A program made the position numbers and the translations under genes. Below, in pieces: positions 34,000 to 37,474 of a DNA stretch of 37,474 bases (position 1 is its first letter; the number at the start of each line of letters is the position of its first letter). The notes below the pieces were generated by a model. The model searched no databases. It saw only the letters and a program-made list of their open reading frames with translations, and had not been told where the DNA came from. The stretch covers positions 6,559-44,032 of the forward strand of contig CAYTVX010000001.1 of NCBI GenBank assembly GCA_964441885.1, given 5' to 3'. The DNA comes from an uncultured Candidatus Saccharibacteria bacterium. GTDB taxonomy: Bacteria > Patescibacteriota > Minisyncoccia > Phycocordibacterales > CALRHW01.

Positions 34000-35421
34000 C
34001 TAAATCACCTCAACCACGAGCATGTTTGTCTTCACACCCTTTTTATTGAAAGGCGCACCAGCGACGACTACTACCTTGTCCCCTTTTTTCGCCAGTTTAT
34101 TTTTTAAACAAAAAGCACGCACAAAATTGAAAGCGTCAGATAAAGTCAGAAATCTTTTTATACAAACAGGATAACAACCAAAGCTCAAACTGAGTTTATT
34201 ACACACCCTTTCGTTGGGTGAAAGAGCCATGATGAGTGAAGTGGGCTTGTGTCGCGACACCATACGCGCAGAAAATCCAGTCTCAGTCAGAGCAAAAATA
34301 AGTTTTGCGTCCACGTCATGAGCAGTATTTACTACAGACTTAGTGATTGAGTTTACAATATCCATTTCACCATTTTCAAGCGCCTCGATATCAAATCTTT
34401 CACAATGATCACGCTCTACTTCTACGGCCACGCGAGACATTACCTCCACAGCTTCTACTGGAAATCTACCCAAAGTCGTCTCCTCTGAAAGCATCACTGC
34501 ATCTGTGCCGTCAAAAATAGCATTAGCAATATCAGACACCTCTGCTCGAGTCGGGACGGGTGCGTTTATCATAGACTCGAGCATTTGTGTCGCAGTAATG
34601 ACTGGCTTACCCGCATCATTACATTTTTTAATAATCATCTTTTGTATCATTGGCACTTTTTCTGCAGGCACTTCAATAGACAGATCTCCGCGCGCCACCA
34701 TAATGCCATCAGACAGCTCAATAATTTTATCAATATTTTCTACAGCTTCAGGTGTCTCTATCTTTGAAATAATTCCAGCGTCGAGCTTTGCTTTTTTCAT
34801 CATTTCTCTTAGCTCAAGCACATCCTCCGGTCGACGCACAAAAGAAAGCGCCATAAAATCAACTTTGTTTTTTACACCAAACTGAAAATCCTTTTTATCT
34901 TTTTCTGTAATCGAGCTGATTTTCAGATACGCACCAGGCAAATTGACCCCACGTCGACCTTTTGTATCTCCACCCACAATCACCTTACACTTCACCTCGC
35001 TTCCTTTTACACTCACAATCTGCAATTTCTTTTTTCCATCATCAAGAAGAACGAAACCTCCCACTTTTACCTCTCTTGGCAGATTTGGATAATTTACATA
35101 TACACGTTTTTCATTACCCACTATTTTTTCAGTAGTCAATGTGAAAAATTCCCCTTCTTTCAATTGGATTCTTTCGGTTGCAAAATCTCCGATGCGGATT
35201 TTTGGACCAGAAAGGTCTTGCAAAATCGCCACATTTTTACACATTTTTTTTGCTAACTTCCTTGTTACGTCTACACGCCTTTGATGCTCAGTATGATCAC
35301 CGTGGGAAAAATTGAGGCGCACTACATCAAGACCAGCAGAAAAAAGCCTCGTCATCATTTCTTCACTTTCTGTCGCCGGACCTATGGTTGCGACGATTTT
35401 TGTTTTTTTCTGAATATTCAT
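34000..35421 (-). CDS. pyk: pyruvate kinase
   Basis: 'KKTKIVATIGPA', 'VRLNFSHG' and 'IMVARGDLSIEVP'. The start was set at the ATG at 35421 (MNIQKK) because the longer track ORF (to 35469) runs into the tRNA gene. Confidence 0.93.
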   Translation of the reverse strand: MNIQKKTKIVATIGPATESEEMMTRLFSAGLDVVRLNFSHGDHTEHQRRVDVTRKLAKKMCKNVAILQDLSGPKIRIGDFATERIQLKEGEFFTLTTEKIVGNEKRVYVNYPNLPREVKVGGFVLLDDGKKKLQIVSVKGSEVKCKVIVGGDTKGRRGVNLPGAYLKISSITEKDKKDFQFGVKNKVDFMALSFVRRPEDVLELREMMKKAKLDAGIISKIETPEAVENIDKIIELSDGIMVARGDLSIEVPAEKVPMIQKMIIKKCNDAGKPVITATQMLESMINAPVPTRAEVSDIANAIFDGTDAVMLSEETTLGRFPVEAVEVMSRVAVEVERDHCERFDIEALENGEMDIVNSITKSVVNTAHDVDAKLIFALTETGFSARMVSRHKPTSLIMALSPNERVCNKLSLSFGCYPVCIKRFLTLSDAFNFVRAFCLKNKLAKKGDKVVVVAGAPFNKKGVKTNMLVVEVI

Positions 35422-35455
35422 ATAAATAAAACGGCGCCAATGAAGGCGCAAAAAT
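35422..35455 (-). terminator. short hairpin plus U-tract immediately 3' of tRNA-Ile and 5' of pyk
   Basis: The minus strand reads gcgcc-ttcatt-ggcgc, then cgttttatttat, then the pyk ATG. The stem is only 5 bp. Confidence 0.35.
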
Positions 35456-35457
35456 AC

Positions 35458-35533
35458 TGGTGCGCGCACTAGGGGTCGAACCTAGGACCTTTCGAGTATC
35501 AGTCGAATGCTCTACCAACTGAGCTATGCGCGC
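35458..35533 (-). tRNA. tRNA-Ile (anticodon GAU), CCA encoded
   Basis: Folded by hand from the minus strand: acceptor GCGCGCA/TGCGCGC, D-arm GCTC-AGTTGGTA-GAGC, anticodon arm TTCGA-CTGATAC-TCGAA, variable loop AGGTC, T-arm CTAGG-TTCGACC-CCTAG, discriminator A and CCA. Confidence 0.9.
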
Positions 35534-35692
35534 AAACAAAACTATATGCCCATAAAATCTAACAAAAATCAGTCGATAATACAAGAACAGAATGTTGTAA
35601 CCTCATAAGTAAGTGCGGGCGCCCAACATCAGTTGTGCGCCCGCGAGGGTACCCTTTCGGGCAATGATTGTAATGCTTGGTTGTGCGACTTT

Positions 35693-35938
35693 TTAGGCCG
35701 CAGACGGAGAAGGATCGGACTCCTCCGACATGCCAGCGTTGCGCTCGATTGCGCGAAGCAGAAGTCGTGCTCGGTCACGAATGGAGAGAGGGGTAACGCT
35801 GCTCTCCTCGCGCAACACATCGAGCACGCGATCACAGCAGATCTTCAGAACGTCGGGGTTCTTCTCCAGATCGTCGAGTCGGTCACGAGCTTCTTCAGCT
35901 CGAATCCGGGATACGGAATCAGTCGTGGACTTCTTCAT
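35693..35938 (-). CDS. 81-aa helical, charged orphan protein on a second GC-rich insert
   Basis: This is the most protein-like of four overlapping frames: amphipathic and charged ('RIRAEEARDRLDDLEKNPDVLK...RDRARLLLRAIERN'), with GC-biased third positions and an AAGGA 8 nt upstream of the ATG. I recognise no family. Confidence 0.45.
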   Translation of the reverse strand: MKKSTTDSVSRIRAEEARDRLDDLEKNPDVLKICCDRVLDVLREESSVTPLSIRDRARLLLRAIERNAGMSEESDPSPSAA

Positions 35939-36070
35939 CTAATTGCATCCTTGCATTGTGTGGTATTTTTATTACCACAAAGGAACTGAAAGGTGTGACA
36001 CAGTGTCCCACCGCAAACCAAAGGGTATCATCATAAAACATCAATGTCAAGTTGATACAAATAACGCACA

Positions 36071-36097
36071 AAGAAAAACCGCACACTTTCGTATGCG
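36071..36097 (-). terminator. intrinsic terminator about 160 nt downstream of the 16S 3' end
   Basis: The minus strand reads cgcatac-GAAA-gtgtgcg(g), followed by tttttcttt. Confidence 0.55.
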
Positions 36098-36252
36098 ATT
36101 TTTCTGATACTATTCTTTATTTTGTTCCGTTCACATCGTCTTTCCGACTGTCATGCTACTTTAAGGATGTTTAGCAATAATCCGTTTCTGAGCTCAATTG
36201 AGGCTCAGAAATCGACTGTAAGTTTTGTCACAAAAGTGACAAAACGATTTTC

Positions 36253-37474
36253 ATTTGAAATACTCCACGAGCAGCTTCCGCTACCCGTGCCTTGTTACGA
36301 CTTACTCCCTGTCATTGAGCTTACCTTAGGACCACATACGTGATATTTCGGGTATTCCCAACTCCCTTGAGTTGACGGGCGGATTGCGATAATTAAACAA
36401 CATTTCGCGTTCCCACGTAGCGTGCGGATTTCCCGCACTACGCGAGTCCAACAATTATGCAAATTGCATAAACTATTGGTTTTGTCCTTCCTAAATTTAT
36501 ATTTTGAACCATTATGAAGAGGGAAGGAAGTGATGCTTCTGAAGTGTTTACCCTCAGCTTGGGGAACGTGACCCATGGTTTTTTTATTGAGGTGCCTACC
36601 TCATACACGATCTTCGTTCTTCCCTCCCTCATAATGATCCAAAATAAAATCTAGTACTACGACGCAGCTGACTTCTCATGATACTTATAAATTGTTTTTA
36701 TATCACGAGATCTCCCAAGGGTCAGTAATAATTCTTTTCCCTGCATCCTATTTGAGATTTTTTTAATACTTCCCCATGACTCACCTAATGGGTCGTATCT
36801 CTCTTTTTTTAAATAGGCTGCTATTTGCTACTAGGATCCTTCACCTGCCAGCCTCACGGCCAACCGATTACCCTTTCGCTACTCTCCAAAAAATGGAGGT
36901 GTTGATTTTAACAACATAGATTTATTACCTGCCTGGCGCTTTTAATTCTGAGTACAAGACTTGAGAACGTATTCACCGCAGTATAGCTGACCTGCGATTA
37001 CTAGCAATTCCAACTTCATGGGGTCGAGTTGCAGCCCCCAATCTGAACTGGGGCGACTTTTCTTACGATTAGCTCAGGGTTACCCCGTCGCAACGCGTTG
37101 TAGTCGCCATTGTATTATGTGTGTAGCCCCGGATATCAGAGGGACATGCTGACCTGGCGTCATCCTCGCCTTCCTCCCCGTATATTATGTCCAAAATTTC
37201 TTTTGGGCACACTATACGGGGCAGTCTCGCCTGACAAATATAACAGGCAACAAGGGTTGCGTTCGTTACCCCACTTAAGGGAACAATTCAAACCACGAAC
37301 TGACGACGGCCATGCATCACCTGTCAACTAGTCTTGCGAGGGCCCCGGTTTCTCGGGGCTTTCACGTTGATTTCTAACCTTGGTAAGGTTCTTCGTTTAT
37401 CGTCGAATTAAACCACATAATCCACTGCTTGTGCAAGTCCCCGTCTATTCCTTTGAGTTTTAACCTTGCGGTCG
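36253..37474 (-). rRNA. rrs: 16S rRNA gene, 3' part (E. coli ~895 to the 3' end), interrupted by an insertion; continues beyond the window
   Basis: Conserved blocks on the minus strand include AAACTCAAAGGAATAGACGG, GTGGTTTAATTCGA, GCATGGCCGTCGTCAG, AACGAACGCAACCC, GGCTACACAC, GGAATTGCTAGTAATCGC, GGTGAATACGTTC, CCGCCCGTCA and GTCGTAACAAGG. Helix 45 has a GGAA loop. The 3' end is approximate. Helix 40 carries an expansion of about 30 nt (37166-37222). Confidence 0.93.
36383..36948 (-). other. ~566-nt intervening sequence (putative intron/IVS) within the 16S gene at E. coli position ~1396/1397
   Basis: The universal CTTGTAC(A/T)CA|CCGCCCGTCA is split: cttgtactca ends at 36949 and ccgcccgtca starts at 36382. 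The insert contains GNRA-capped hairpins and long-range complementary G/A- and C/T-rich arms. No convincing ORF is present. The boundaries are uncertain by a few nt. Confidence 0.75.

Noticed and set aside
35363-35584. A 73-aa minus-strand ORF.
   Set aside because: It overlaps the tRNA-Ile gene and the pyk start region, so it is an artefact.
35629-35989. Alternative frames in the second GC-rich islet (35629-35835 -, 35633-35989 +, 35730-35942 +).
   Set aside because: They are Arg/Ser/Cys-rich and not protein-like. The 35693-35938 minus-strand frame is preferred, though still at moderate confidence.
36122-37331. ORFs 36122-36343 (+), 36295-36576 (-), 36438-36632 (-) and 37110-37331 (+), considered as possible intron-encoded homing endonucleases or genes.
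   Set aside because: They lie in or antisense to 16S rRNA sequence or cross the exon-insert boundary. None shows a LAGLIDADG, GIY-YIG, HNH or His-Cys box pattern.
1-37474. Alternative genetic code (UGA recoding, as in some CPR lineages), CRISPR arrays, transposases/IS elements or prophage genes.
   Set aside because: All conserved genes translate at full length with the standard code, and TGA serves as a stop (e.g. the ATGA overlap at 23254-23257). I saw no repeat-spacer arrays, transposase/integrase-like ORFs or long terminal repeats.

Overview
This is a low-GC, gene-dense window, about 35% GC by eye. Nearly everything is on the minus strand. The content and style fit a Candidate Phyla Radiation (Patescibacteria, Parcubacteria-like) genome; that placement is an inference from gene content and 16S features.

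From left to right the window holds:
- a secreted surface protein and two HTH proteins;
- gatB, obg, a MYG1-family hydrolase and a P-type cation ATPase;
- a BdbC/DsbB plus thioredoxin pair, DedA and secA;
- an unannotated 30-aa ultra-basic ORF, then murB;
- a roughly 12.5 kb surface-glycan cluster (Wzy_C/TPR, methyltransferase, GT2, GT39-like, ABC exporter, five GT4-like enzymes) sitting 4 nt downstream of an orphan VirD4/TraD/HerA-like ATPase;
- a DUF4015-type glycoside hydrolase, murC, murD and pyruvate kinase;
- tRNA-Ile(GAU) and the 3' ~650 canonical nucleotides of a 16S rRNA gene that runs off the right edge.

Main observations:
1. Two compositionally foreign GC-rich inserts. One carries a divergent YfiH/PgeF (DUF152) gene in reverse orientation between murC and murD, and it appears to have rewritten the 3' end of murD. 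The other carries an 81-aa orphan ORF between the 16S gene and tRNA-Ile.
2. A ~566-nt ORF-less insertion in the decoding-centre region of the 16S gene.
3. A 16S 3' tail with no CCUCC anti-Shine-Dalgarno. Native starts lack SD motifs and often have -10 boxes 7-13 nt upstream, suggesting leaderless or short-leader mRNAs. Both foreign ORFs do carry SD-like motifs.
4. A broken rRNA operon: 16S and tRNA-Ile are present, but no 23S follows.

All GC values and RNA folds were judged by eye, and no searches were run.
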